Shown here: positions 15,901 through 26,700 of the stretch, one piece after another
Layout: the number at the start of each line of letters is the position of its first letter
Position numbering within the stretch: the first letter of the stretch is position 1
Origin: Macrostomum lignano
Taxonomy: Eukaryota
NCBI GenBank assembly: GCA_002269645.1
Contig: NIVC01001925.1
Location: forward strand, 1 to 64,000
Length of the DNA: 64,000 nt
Direction of reading: 5' to 3'
Notes under the pieces: model-generated
Databases searched by the model: none
What the model was told of the DNA's origin: nothing
What the model saw: the letters and a program-made list of their open reading frames with translations, nothing else
Translations under genes and position numbers: made by a program

Positions 15901-17339
15901 TCTCCACTGCTGTAGGGCTGGAAATACAGGCTTAAAGTTTTTCATCCTTTCCTGATTCTGTGTATATCTGATTTCTGTTGTGAACTCGCAAGACATATTT
16001 AACTGAACTCTAGATATTTAAGGTGGTTCATTTTATTTTTTATAACGTAGACAAAGGAGAATACTTTAGGGCTGTGCTCGCTGTCCCAACTGTCAATTTC
16101 ATGTTCAACTTCTGTTTTAGGATACTTTTTACTTTTAATCCTGCCTTTAGATGTGTTCATTTTGCTCTGAGTATGTCATGCTCTTCTCTCAGATCAGCGA
16201 TTGAGATGGCACTGAGATGGATTGAGATGGATTGAGATGGCACTGAAATGGATTGAGATGGCACTGAGATGGATTGAGATGGCACTGAGATGGATTGAGA
16301 TGGCACTGAGATGGATTGAGATGGATTGAGATGGCACTGAGATGGATTGAGATGGATTGAGATGGCACTGAGATGGATTGAGATGGCACTGAAATGGATT
16401 GAGATGGCACTGAGATGGATTGAGATGGATTGAGATGGCACTGAGATGGATTGAGATGGCACTGAGATGGATTGAGATGGCACTGAGATGGATTGAGATG
16501 GCACTGAGATGGATTGAGATGGCACTGAGATGGATTGAGATGGCACTGAGATGGATTGAGATGGCACTGAGATGGATTGAGATGGCACTGAAATGGGTTG
16601 AGATGGCACTGAAATGGATTAAAAAGGCACTGAAATGGATTAAAAAGGCACTAAAATGGGTTGAGATGGCACTGAAATGGATTAAAAAGGCACTAAAATG
16701 GGTTGAGATGGCACTAAAATGGGTTGAGATGGCACTGAAATTGATGGAGATGGCACTGGAATAGGGTGAGATGGCACTGAAAGCATTCGAAACCATACTG
16801 AAGCATTACAATTACAATATTATCTGGATATTAACTCACTCGCTTCCCTCCCCGCCTCTCAGGTGACTCAAAGCTACTCTGTCCACGCCGAGCCGGACTC
16901 TCTGCCCGGCGCAGGCGGCTTCTCCTGCTCCACCTCCTGGAACCAGGCAGGCGTCATGCAGCTGGCAGTCAGCCTGGACCCCGGCATCGCCGAGATCTAC
17001 AAGGCCGACAACCTCACGCTCTATTGGCAGGCCTTGGAGTCGCGCCTAATTGACTCAAGCAACCTGGCTCAATTCTACGATTCTCAGCCTATGCTCAAAC
17101 TGATTTGGGATGCCATTTTCTTAGCCGAATCCTACTCGGCTGGCGAGCTGCCTCTGCTGCTGTCTGCCGACAAGATTGGCCCTGTAGTGAAGCTGTTCGC
17201 CTATCTGAGGTGCAACCCTCTGCCTTACGGTCAAACCGACTTGTCTTACAACTTCTATCGATATTACTCCCCACCTGGCGCTTTTATTGTTAAACGGTAC
17301 AGCTTTGTAGCCGTGCCGGTCACTGAGGATGAGCACTGA
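6957..17339 (+). CDS. EDEM3: ER degradation-enhancing alpha-mannosidase-like protein 3 (signal peptide, GH47 domain, PA domain)
   Basis: Exons 6957-7528, 7835-8117, 8706-8915, 10359-10630, 12348-12478, 12938-13438, 14424-14938 and 16863-17339 are all GT-AG and phase-compatible, totalling 2961 nt (986 aa). Motifs include [10 protein letters not shown]...[64 protein letters not shown] and the PA domain ([23 protein letters not shown]). The exon 6 acceptor is uncertain (12937, or 12914 if a C is missing). Confidence 0.93.
8160..8690. repeat. About 23-bp minisatellite with GCTCAGCCAATCAG core, EDEM3 intron 2
   Basis: Directly visible, more than 20 copies. Confidence 0.93.
9292..9520 (-). mobile_element. 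Fragment resembling a Gypsy/Ginger integrase C-terminus, inside an approximately 0.9-kb insertion in EDEM3 intron 3
   Basis: A GC-rich patch encodes [38 protein letters not shown], similar to RKGGKL..W.GPY.V......Y.L motifs. The unique sequence at about 8970-9865 interrupts a GGACTAGA repeat. No TIR or TSD was found. Confidence 0.35.
9866..10257. repeat. 28-29-bp minisatellite (GGACTAGACATTCCGGACTAGAGAACCCG), EDEM3 intron 3
   Basis: Directly visible. Degenerate copies also occur at 8925-8970, on the other side of an insertion. Confidence 0.93.
10745..12230. repeat. CCCAATC-based array with about 18 identical 64-bp higher-order units, EDEM3 intron 4
   Basis: ATCCCAGTCC recurs at 11041, 11105 and onward with a 64-bp period. 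The flanks are diverged monomers of about 20 bp. Confidence 0.95.
12585..12903. repeat. (TCAC)n microsatellite, EDEM3 intron 5
   Basis: Directly visible. Confidence 0.97.
13510..14410. repeat. 20-bp minisatellite (GGTCATCACTAATCCACTGG), EDEM3 intron 6
   Basis: Directly visible. Confidence 0.96.
14986..15733. repeat. 23-bp minisatellite (GTGAGGTACCTGATTATAACTGC), EDEM3 intron 7
   Basis: Directly visible. Confidence 0.96.
16196..16790. repeat. 21-bp minisatellite (GATGGCACTGAGATGGATTGA), EDEM3 intron 7
   Basis: Directly visible. Confidence 0.95.
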
Positions 17340-17477
17340 TGACCGTCTTCTATTGCTCTTCTGTCTCTCCTGCTATCTCTCCTCTCTTTATTAATTTGGT
17401 TTTTGAATTTCTTATTTATCATATTGTTATCTATTGTATTTATTGTATTAAGTATATGCGCTCCATTGCGATCAAAT

Positions 17478-17912
17478 ACCCCAATGTGCACCCGCCGCAG
17501 GCCAACCCCTACCCCCAATGCACACCCACCTCAGGCCAACCCCTACCCCAATGTACACCCACCTCAGGCCAACCCCTACCCCAAATGTACACCCACCTCA
17601 GACCAACCCCTACCCCAATGTACACCCGCCTCAGGCCAACCCCTACCCCAATGTACACCCACCTCAGGCCAACCCCTACCCCAATGTACACCCACCTCAG
17701 GCCAACCCCTACCCCCAATGTACACCCGCCTCGGGCCAACCCCTACCCCAAATGTACACCCGCCTCGGGCCAACCCCTACCCCAATGTACACCCACCTCA
17801 GGCCAACCCCTACCCCAATGTACACCCGCCTCGGGCCAACCCCTACCCCAAATGTACACCCGCCTCGGGCCAACCCCTACCCCAAATGTACACCCACCTC
17901 AGGCCAACCCCC
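17478..17912. repeat. 32-33-bp minisatellite (CCCAATGTACACCCACCTCAGGCCAACCCCTAC)
   Basis: Directly visible. Confidence 0.93.
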
Positions 17913-18669
17913 TAATATTCTAAATCAGTTTCTACATCCGAATAAGCTTTCGTATTTAAATTGTCACAAGGAGCTTGCAGAGCATGACTTGCCCACCCGT
18001 GCAGCAGCAGATGCAGCGCAGACACCCGCCCTAAAACTTCTGCACCAATGTCTTATGTAGTGGTAAAGGCCTTTTCAATTCGTATTTCTCTCTTTGAACT
18101 TTGATTTTTTGTCTATTTTTGTTTCCTTGGTTGAAATTTCGCAGTTCTACTTTAGATTTACCTGATTTGAAATCGCCTGGTTATTGTCAAGCTTAATTTC
18201 TTATTTATAGACATTCCGCCTTGACAATCAATCATACTACTTAAACTGCCCAAGCTGTATACACTCGTAGTAGTCATGCGCGGAAATGAGGTCTTATTTT
18301 TTTAATGAGCGCGTTTTGAATTCTTGTAATTTGAATGGAATGCCTAGTTCGTATGTATTTGCACTGCTCTCGTACACTCGATGAGTTTCACTCTCCTATC
18401 TGTGCAGCAGGGCTCCTAGTAGTATGCAATGCGTTTTTTGTTTTCATGCTTTGAACTAAATTTATTGAATTTACCGCTGGCCTACACCTGGTTCATCGCT
18501 CAATCAGTCAGAGAATATTTTTTAATTTACTACTAATATTGACGCAATTTGTTTTAATTGCTCTCCGAAAATTCTGAGCTCATATTGTAGAATGGCTTGA
18601 TAATTGATTGCTGTTTTTTAATTTGCTATTTAAAATAATTAACTGGTAAATCACCGTCAAATGTATACC

Positions 18670-19860
18670 CGCTGTAATCAACAACCCCACTCCAATGTAC
18701 ACGTACACTCACCATGACCAACCACCCACTCTAATGTACACTCACCGAGACCAACCACCCCACTCCAGTGTACACTCACCGAGACCAACCACCCCACTCC
18801 AGTGTACACTCACCGAGACCAACCACCCCACTCCAGTGTACACTCACCGAGACCAACCACCCCACTCTAATCTGCACTCACCGAGACCAACCACCCCACT
18901 CTAATCTGCACTCACCGAGACCAACCACCCCACTCCAATGTACACTCACCGAAACCAACCACCCCACTTCAAAGTACACTCACCGAGACCAACCACCCCA
19001 CTCTAATCTGCACTCACCGAGACCAACCACCCCACTCCAATGTACACTCACCGTGACCAACCACCCCACTCTAATCTGCACTCACCGAGACCAACCACCC
19101 CACTCCAATGTACACTCACCGTGACCAACCACCCCACTCTAATCTGCACTCACCGAGACCAACCACCCCACTCTAATCTACACTCACCGAGACCAACCAC
19201 CCCACTCTAATCTGCACTCACCGAGACCAACCACCCCACTCCAATGTACACTCACCGTGACCAACCACCCCACTCTAATCTGCACTCACAGAGACCAACC
19301 ACCCCACTCTAATCTGCACTCACCGAGACCAACCACCCCACTCCAATGTACACTCACCGTGACCAACCACCCACTCTAATGTACACTCACCGAGACCAAC
19401 CACCCCACTCCAGTGTACACTCACCGAGACCAACCACCCCACTCCAGTGTACACTCACCGTGACCAACCACCCACTCTAATGTACACTCACCGAGACCAA
19501 CCACCCCACTCCAGTGTACACTCACCGAGACCAACCACCCCACTCCAGTGTACACTCACCGAGACCAACCACCCCACTCCAGTGTACACTCACCGAAACC
19601 AACCACCCCACTTCAAAGTACACTCACCGAGACCAACCACCCCACTCTAATGTACACTCACCGTGACCAACCACCCCACTCTAATCTGCACTCACCGAGA
19701 CCAACCACCCCACTCCAGTGTACACTCACCGAGACCAACCACCCCACTTCAATGTACTTACCAAGACCAACCACCCCACTTCAATGTACTTACCAAGACC
19801 AACCACCCCACTTCAATGTACTCACCGAGACCAACCATCCCACTCTAACGTGCACTAACC
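18670..19860. repeat. 34-bp minisatellite (CCAACCACCCCACTCCAGTGTACACTCACCGAGA)
   Basis: Directly visible. Confidence 0.95.
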
Positions 19861-20169
19861 AGTGCACGCAAATGTACCCGATCAAGAACTCCCAAGACAT
19901 CAGAAAAATATTGTTATCACGGACAATGCTTTATTGTAATAAGCGTCACAGAAATATTGACACAAAATGCATCGATGAGTATTTCATCGTTTATGTTGTA
20001 ACAGCATTGTGCTAGAAAAACAGGTGCAAAGTGTGCTTATTTATTAATTATAGTAAAAAAAGACTGGCATGGTAATGTTTATCTGATTAAAAATAATCAG
20101 ACTGGCTCAGTCTGCTAAGCCACTGACACTCCAAAATTGTTTTCCTTGCATCATTTCAAAAATAATATT

Positions 20170-20600
20170 GAAGGAAGAGTACCTAAAATTGGAGGGAGAA
20201 TCTCTAAGGTTGGAGGGAGAATCCCGAAGATTGAGGGAGGGAGGGAGAATCTTAAGATTGAGGGGAGAATCCCGAAGATTGATGGAAGGAGAATCCTGAA
20301 AATTGAGGGGAGAATCCCGAAGATTGGTGGAAGGAGACTCCCGAAGATTAAGGGAAGGAGAATACCGAAGATTGATGGAAGGAGAATCCCAAAGATTGAG
20401 GGAAGGAGACCCCCGAAGATTAAGGGAAGGAGAATCCCGAAGATTGAGGGAAGGAAAATCCCAAAGATTGAGGGAGGGAGAATCCCGAAGATTGAGGGAG
20501 GGAGAATCTTGAAGATTGAGGGGAGAATCCCGAAGATTGGTGGAAGGAGACTCCCGAAGATTAAGGGAGGGAGAATCCCGAAGATTCGATTGCAAAATCC
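20170..20600. repeat. About 27-bp variable minisatellite (GGGAGAATCCCGAAGATTGAGGGAA)
   Basis: Directly visible. Confidence 0.9.
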
Positions 20601-20738
20601 TAAAGATTGGGGGGGTTTCTGAGACTCAGTGGGAGAATCCCGAGTATGTGTGCATCCCCAAAAACTGTCAACAATATTCTCGCAAACCAAATTGCATGAT
20701 TGTACCCTTAAGCGCCAGGTAGACCCTACACTGCAGCC

Positions 20739-23700
20739 ATGGTGGCCCTGCACAGCGAGTTCATCGCTGGCTGCCTGTTTCTGCTGTCGGCCCTGATGCT
20801 CAGGCCAGACGGCTGGCTGGAGGCGGGCATCCTGGCCGCGGGGCTGGCCGTGGGCCCGGCCCTGCACACCAAGCCGGCCTACTCGGGCGCTTGGCTGGCC
20901 TGCCTGCTGCCACTGCTTGAGCATCGGCTGCTCGGCTCCGACTGGGTGCCCCTGGCCGCCAGCTGCCTGTGGTCGGCCGGCCTGCTGTCTCTGGCCGCAT
21001 TTGGCGAGCAGCGATGGACTCGACTGGTGTGCGCCGGCTGCTGGCTGACTGCGCTGGGGGCTGCCGTTGCTGCACCGGCCGGAGCCGCGTCCGCTGCGGC
21101 CTGGGCTGAGGCTGCCCGGCTGGCTCAGTGCAGCGGCTTCGGCCTGTACCTGCACAGGTGAGTGGGGCATTGCCTGCTTAATGCCACTGTTGTTCGAGAG
21201 GCTGGAGGAGGGGGAGAGGTGGGAGGTAGAAGAGGGGAAGAGTGATGGGAGGTAGGAGAGGGGGAGAAAGATAGGAGATAGGAGAGGGGAGATGGGAGGT
21301 AGGAGAGGGGGAGAAAGATAGGAGATAGGAGAGGGGAGATGGGAGGTAGGAGAGGGGGAGAAAGATAGGAGATAGGAGAGGGGAGATGGGAGGTAGGAGA
21401 GGGGAGAAAGATAGGAGATAGGAGAGGGGAGATGGGAGGTAGGAGAGGGGAAGAAAGATGGGAGATAGGAGAGGGGAAGAGAGATGGAGATAGGAGAGAG
21501 GAAGAGAGATGTGAGATAAGAGAGGTGAAGAGTGATGGGAGATAGGAGAGGGGAAGAGAGATGGGAGATAGGAGAGGGGAAGAGTGATGGGAGATAGGAG
21601 AGAGGAAGAGAGATGGGAGATAGGAGAGAGGAAGAGAGATGGGAGATAGGAGAGAGGAAGAGAGATGGGAGATAGGAGAGAGGAAGAGAGATGGGAGATA
21701 GGAGAGGGGAAGAGAGATGGGAGAGTTGGAGAGAAAGCATGAAGCATCCCGCACTTCAACAGTGTCTCGAATCGCCCGCCAACCCGTGCAGGCACATGTC
21801 GGGCAGCCTCAGCCCAGTGGAGCTGGTGCTGCTAACCCAGCTGCTGCGGCACCTGTTCCCCGCCTATCCCCTGGCCTGTTTCTGCCTGTCCTCCGGCCTA
21901 GTTGCTATGGACGCTATTTGCCGGCACTGCCTAGCAACCAGCGCCCAGCCGGTTCGATTCACCTATCGTGGCCTGATAGTGGCCACACTAAACACCTGCT
22001 CGTTTGGCTACTACGCTTTGTCGGCGCGTTTGTTTCGCCAGCAACGGTTGCTAGGCAATTATTGGATCTGGCGAATTTGGCCGCTCTCAACTGGCAGCTC
22101 GTGTCGGCCTGGCTGGCGCTTTTCGGAGCCTCGCTGCTGCTGGCGGGGCTCTCGGGGCGCCTGCCGCTGCGCCAGATGACTCAGCGCAAGCTCTTCCACT
22201 TCCTGGCCGCCGCGGCTTTTGCTGTAGCTCTGCTTTTAGGAGGCGACCAACGATTGGAGCTGCTTTCGGCGGCCGCTTTCGGCCTGCTGGCCATCCTGCT
22301 GGCCTTGGACACCCTGCGCCGTCACGACGTCGCCGGAGTCGGCCGGCGACTTCGCAGCCTGCTGGCGCCGCTGATCGGGCCGCGGGACTCCGCGCAGCTG
22401 CTGCTGACGCCGCTGGCGCTGCTGCTGGGGCTGGCGGCTCCCATCTGGCTGCGACTGGCCGGCGGCCGCGGCGCTGGGTGAGACTGACTGGCCTTGGAAT
22501 GCGGTAGGATCAGTTAGAATCATCTGGGATGCCGTATGACCATCTGGGATGCTGTATGACCATCTGGGATGCTGTATGACCATCTGGGATGCTGTATGAC
22601 CATCTGCTGTATGATCACCTGGGATCCTGTTTGATTATCTGGGATGCTGTATGATCATCTGGGATGCTGTATGATCATCTGGGATGCTTTATGATCATCT
22701 GGGATGCTTTATGATCATCCGGGATGCCGTATGATCATCTGGGATTCTGTATCATCTGGGATGCCGTATGATCATCTGGGATGCCGTATGATCATCTGGG
22801 ATGCTGTATGATCATTGGGATGCTGTATGATCACCTGGGATCCTGTTTGATTATCTGGGATGCTGTATGATCATCTGGGATGCTGTATGATCATCTGGGA
22901 TGCTGTATGATCATTTGGGATGCCGTATGATCATCTGGGATGCTTTATGATCATCTGGGATGCCGTATGATCATCTGGGATGCCGTATGATCATCTGGGA
23001 TTCTGTATCATCTGGGATGCCGTATGATCATCTGGGATGCCGTATGATCATCTGGGATTCTGTATCATCTGGGATGCCGTATGATCATCTGGGATGCTGT
23101 ATGATCATCTGGGATGCTTTATGATCATCCGGGATGCCGTATGATCATCTGGGATGCTGTATGATCATCTGGGATGCTGTATTCCTAGTAACACACTTCG
23201 TCGCGGCAACGTCGCGTAAACGTCGCAAAGTTACGTCGCGGGAAGGGGTCAAGTGTCGCACCACGCGATGTCGCGTACACTTCACTTCGCGACGTCACGT
23301 TATTACCATTACGCGACCTTTACGCGACTAGTTTACAGTTGGCCGCGGTTAGTTTCTTACTTCTTGATTTGAATGCAGTTTCACAGAGGTGATCGCCACG
23401 TTAAATGCTGTTTAAAAATTTATGAGGTTTAAATGCTGTAATTCACAGCAGCAATTGCACACCAAGATAATTTGTAATGCACACGTACTGACATACACGC
23501 TCGTGAGCACGCATACCTGAAATAATGTAAGCCAAAATGCTAAAAAACAGGCAGTTTTACCAGTTTCCTACCGGTGTTACTATAAACTTTCTTATATCAG
23601 ATACTGGGTGATATTTTATTGGCGAAGGTCGACTCGCACCAGGATTGTACAGCTATATGTCAGCCGCTGGAAAAATATAGTACGGAATTTTATGCAATCG

Positions 23701-26700
23701 GAGATAAGCTATAGCAAACAAAAGGAACATAATACCAACTGGGAACTGGGTAATGAATAGTAGAACGTAGCGATGTATGGTAATTAGAGTAAATTATAGT
23801 AGATAAAAGTAATTAGAGTAGAGAAAATGAGAGCAACGCAGCATTTGATTAATTAATTAATTTTTTGTTTCCTAGAATAAACAGCCAATTTAATTGGCAA
23901 ATAAACGCCTAGGATATAGTAAATAATAAAATAATATAACACTTGAAATAATCTAAGCCAAAAAAGGACAACAAAGCAGTTTTACCGTTTTCACCATTTT
24001 TAAAAAAAATTCTAAAAACTGGTATAAAGAACGGGTTTTTGCGACCCCTGTTTGTCTTAGAATCTAACATTTTGGTGGGGAGGGATCTGGTGACTAGGTG
24101 GGGAAAGAGCTGATTTCCCGCCCCATTTTTCTATATCTAAGTTTCTCCATTCCAGCCTACTCTGCATGAATAAATCGAAACAAACTGACAAGGCTCGGGA
24201 GCCGTTTTATTCCCGCGGCCAGGGGACCTCCAACATGAAGCTAACGAGCGCGATTCGGGTCATTTGCATGCTTTAGAACCTCCTTTACAGCGGCTTCTAT
24301 CTCCTTCTCCTTCGCCTTGACGCTGCGTAGCGTTGCACCTCGCACGATTGTCCACAGGATGCTGTCCTTAAACGCCGCTTTCTCTCGCCGTCCTGCGAAA
24401 CTAAAACTCGCCATTTTTATTTTACACGCAACGGAACAATTGAAGAAAAACAGCAACGCCGATGCACCCACGAGCGCTTCTGCATCCGCTGGATTTTCTT
24501 CCAGATGCTGGACTAGTTCTGCCATGTCTTCTGCCGAGCACGCCAAGTTGACAGGCAGATTCGGAGTCGCCACGCTCTTTCGTGACGCGATCGCGGAGAC
24601 CGCGTGCGTTCAATCCGTTCAACGTTATTGACGGATGGCTGCCAGTTCCCTCATAACAATCTTCTCGAATGCTGAAACATCAAGGCGGGAATTTTCATCA
24701 TGGATATCACACTACAGTGCTCTTGTACTTTAGCAAAAATGGCATTGGTGTACACGTGCATGATTTTAGTTCTCACAACAACAGCATTTCAAATGAATCT
24801 GTGAACAATTACGCGTGCTCGCGCCTGCAGCACAATCTGGCGCAACTGCCAGTCTGGGTTCACTTGCGGCAGCGGAGGCAGCAACTGACGGTGGAGCGGG
24901 AGGTCGCACAGCTGAGAGCGGCCTGTTTGCCGGCGTCATTCCCAAAGCATTCCAGAGGGGAGTCTGGTTCGACTGTTGAGCGGGGTAGGCAGCAGCAGCC
25001 GGCGTCTGCGTCTGCTGCGCAGCGTCATCCTGCCTGCACGAATTCAAATGCGCCGCCTCAAACAGAACAGCTGCACAGCTGGACCATCCCACTGACTCTT
25101 CGCGTCCGCCTCTCGCTGCTCGGGGCGTCTCATTAATGCGGGCTGCAGAAGAATGAACAGTTTTAAAACATTTGATTTACCCAAATTTGTTTTAGCCAAT
25201 TCAAAGATCGAACTTCAAATGTGCGTACTCACGAAAATTTGGCAATGGAGGTGGCAGATCAGCATCATCGTCATATCCATCGCATGACTCTAGAGCTGAG
25301 TCTGACACGATCCTTGCCGTCTTTGTTCTTTTTTTGTTTTGCTGAGCAGGCCCATCGATGAAGCGGATCGGTTGAGTGCGCTTCCTGTTGGCTGTTGCCT
25401 CAGCATCGGTTGTCAGCTCTTCTGCGCCGCATGATGCCCGGTTGAGTCGTCAGCATTCGTTGGTTGTCATCGACAAAATTTTAATGTCACGAAGCTCCTA
25501 TTCTGAATTCGGTGCAGCGTGCTTCGACCTTAACTTAATGGCCCTCGCTACAGTTATCGGTGGCCAGTAACAGCGGGTACGTCCTACGAGCCAGGCCTCG
25601 CTGACATATTCAACTGACTTGTCCGCAAATTCCACAACGCAAAATTGCAACTGCAGCGATGTTTTACAAAAACATGGGTGTGAGGACAACCTTGTTGTCG
25701 ACGGGCAGTCCGTAGAACTTTCTCTTCACCTCTGTAATTCGTAGTGTGTAGAGGTTAACTAAATCTAAATTCGACACAAGGTGGATGCCCATCTTTTCTG
25801 ATTCAACAGGGTATGCGAAGAATGACTCTTTGGTTTTGAATCGGCGACACACCAAGCTGGACTCATTCTCCACCTGCAGGACATTCACGATTCTATAGTA
25901 GCAGCCTTCTGAGCATTCAATAAAGGAATCAGGAATCATGACACTGAATCCTGAATGCAGGGCAGGCATCCCAGTTTTGTGAATTACTCATTAATTCAAT
26001 TTTATTTTTTGTGTACAATAAACAATATTATTTAATGAAATTTGCAACTAACAATGTTATACCATAAATATTGATATAGATATATAGATTGACTTCAAGC
26101 CACATAGGTGGGGCCAAGAGTGCAAAAATTCTATCATAAACATAATAGGCCTATGCAAGTTTAGAAAAGTGAGGTCACATGATAAATAATACCCTTATAA
26201 TGAATTAAAATGCTAATTGCTTATAAACTTTAACTTGCCACCTAGCAGCCAGCATAAAAGATTGCACTTGCACTTTAAGGTATTGTGTTGGTCAAACATG
26301 TAAAATATTTTACAGGATATATTCTGTGTGTCGTTACACACTGAATTCCAGGTCAAGAAAAATATGCTGAATAATAGCGCACAAATACTGGTTCATTCAA
26401 AGCAATCAGCAATTGTTCAAAACAGCAAAAACTCAAACATAACTAAATTGTTTCAGTTGTCTGCTTGAACTCTCATGAATGCTTCAACCTGCTGATAATT
26501 AAACACTTGGGAATTAAGAGTATACTATTCAATTTATTAAGCACACAGTCCGCAACGAGTCCACTGACAACTGCAGGTTGATCGTGACAGTGGCACGCCG
26601 AGAGACGCTCTGTTGGTTTTGAATTGCTAACCACGGAACAGTTAGTTTAACAACCGCATGCCACGAAAGAGTAACTCCCATTAATAATTCACTCAAGTTA

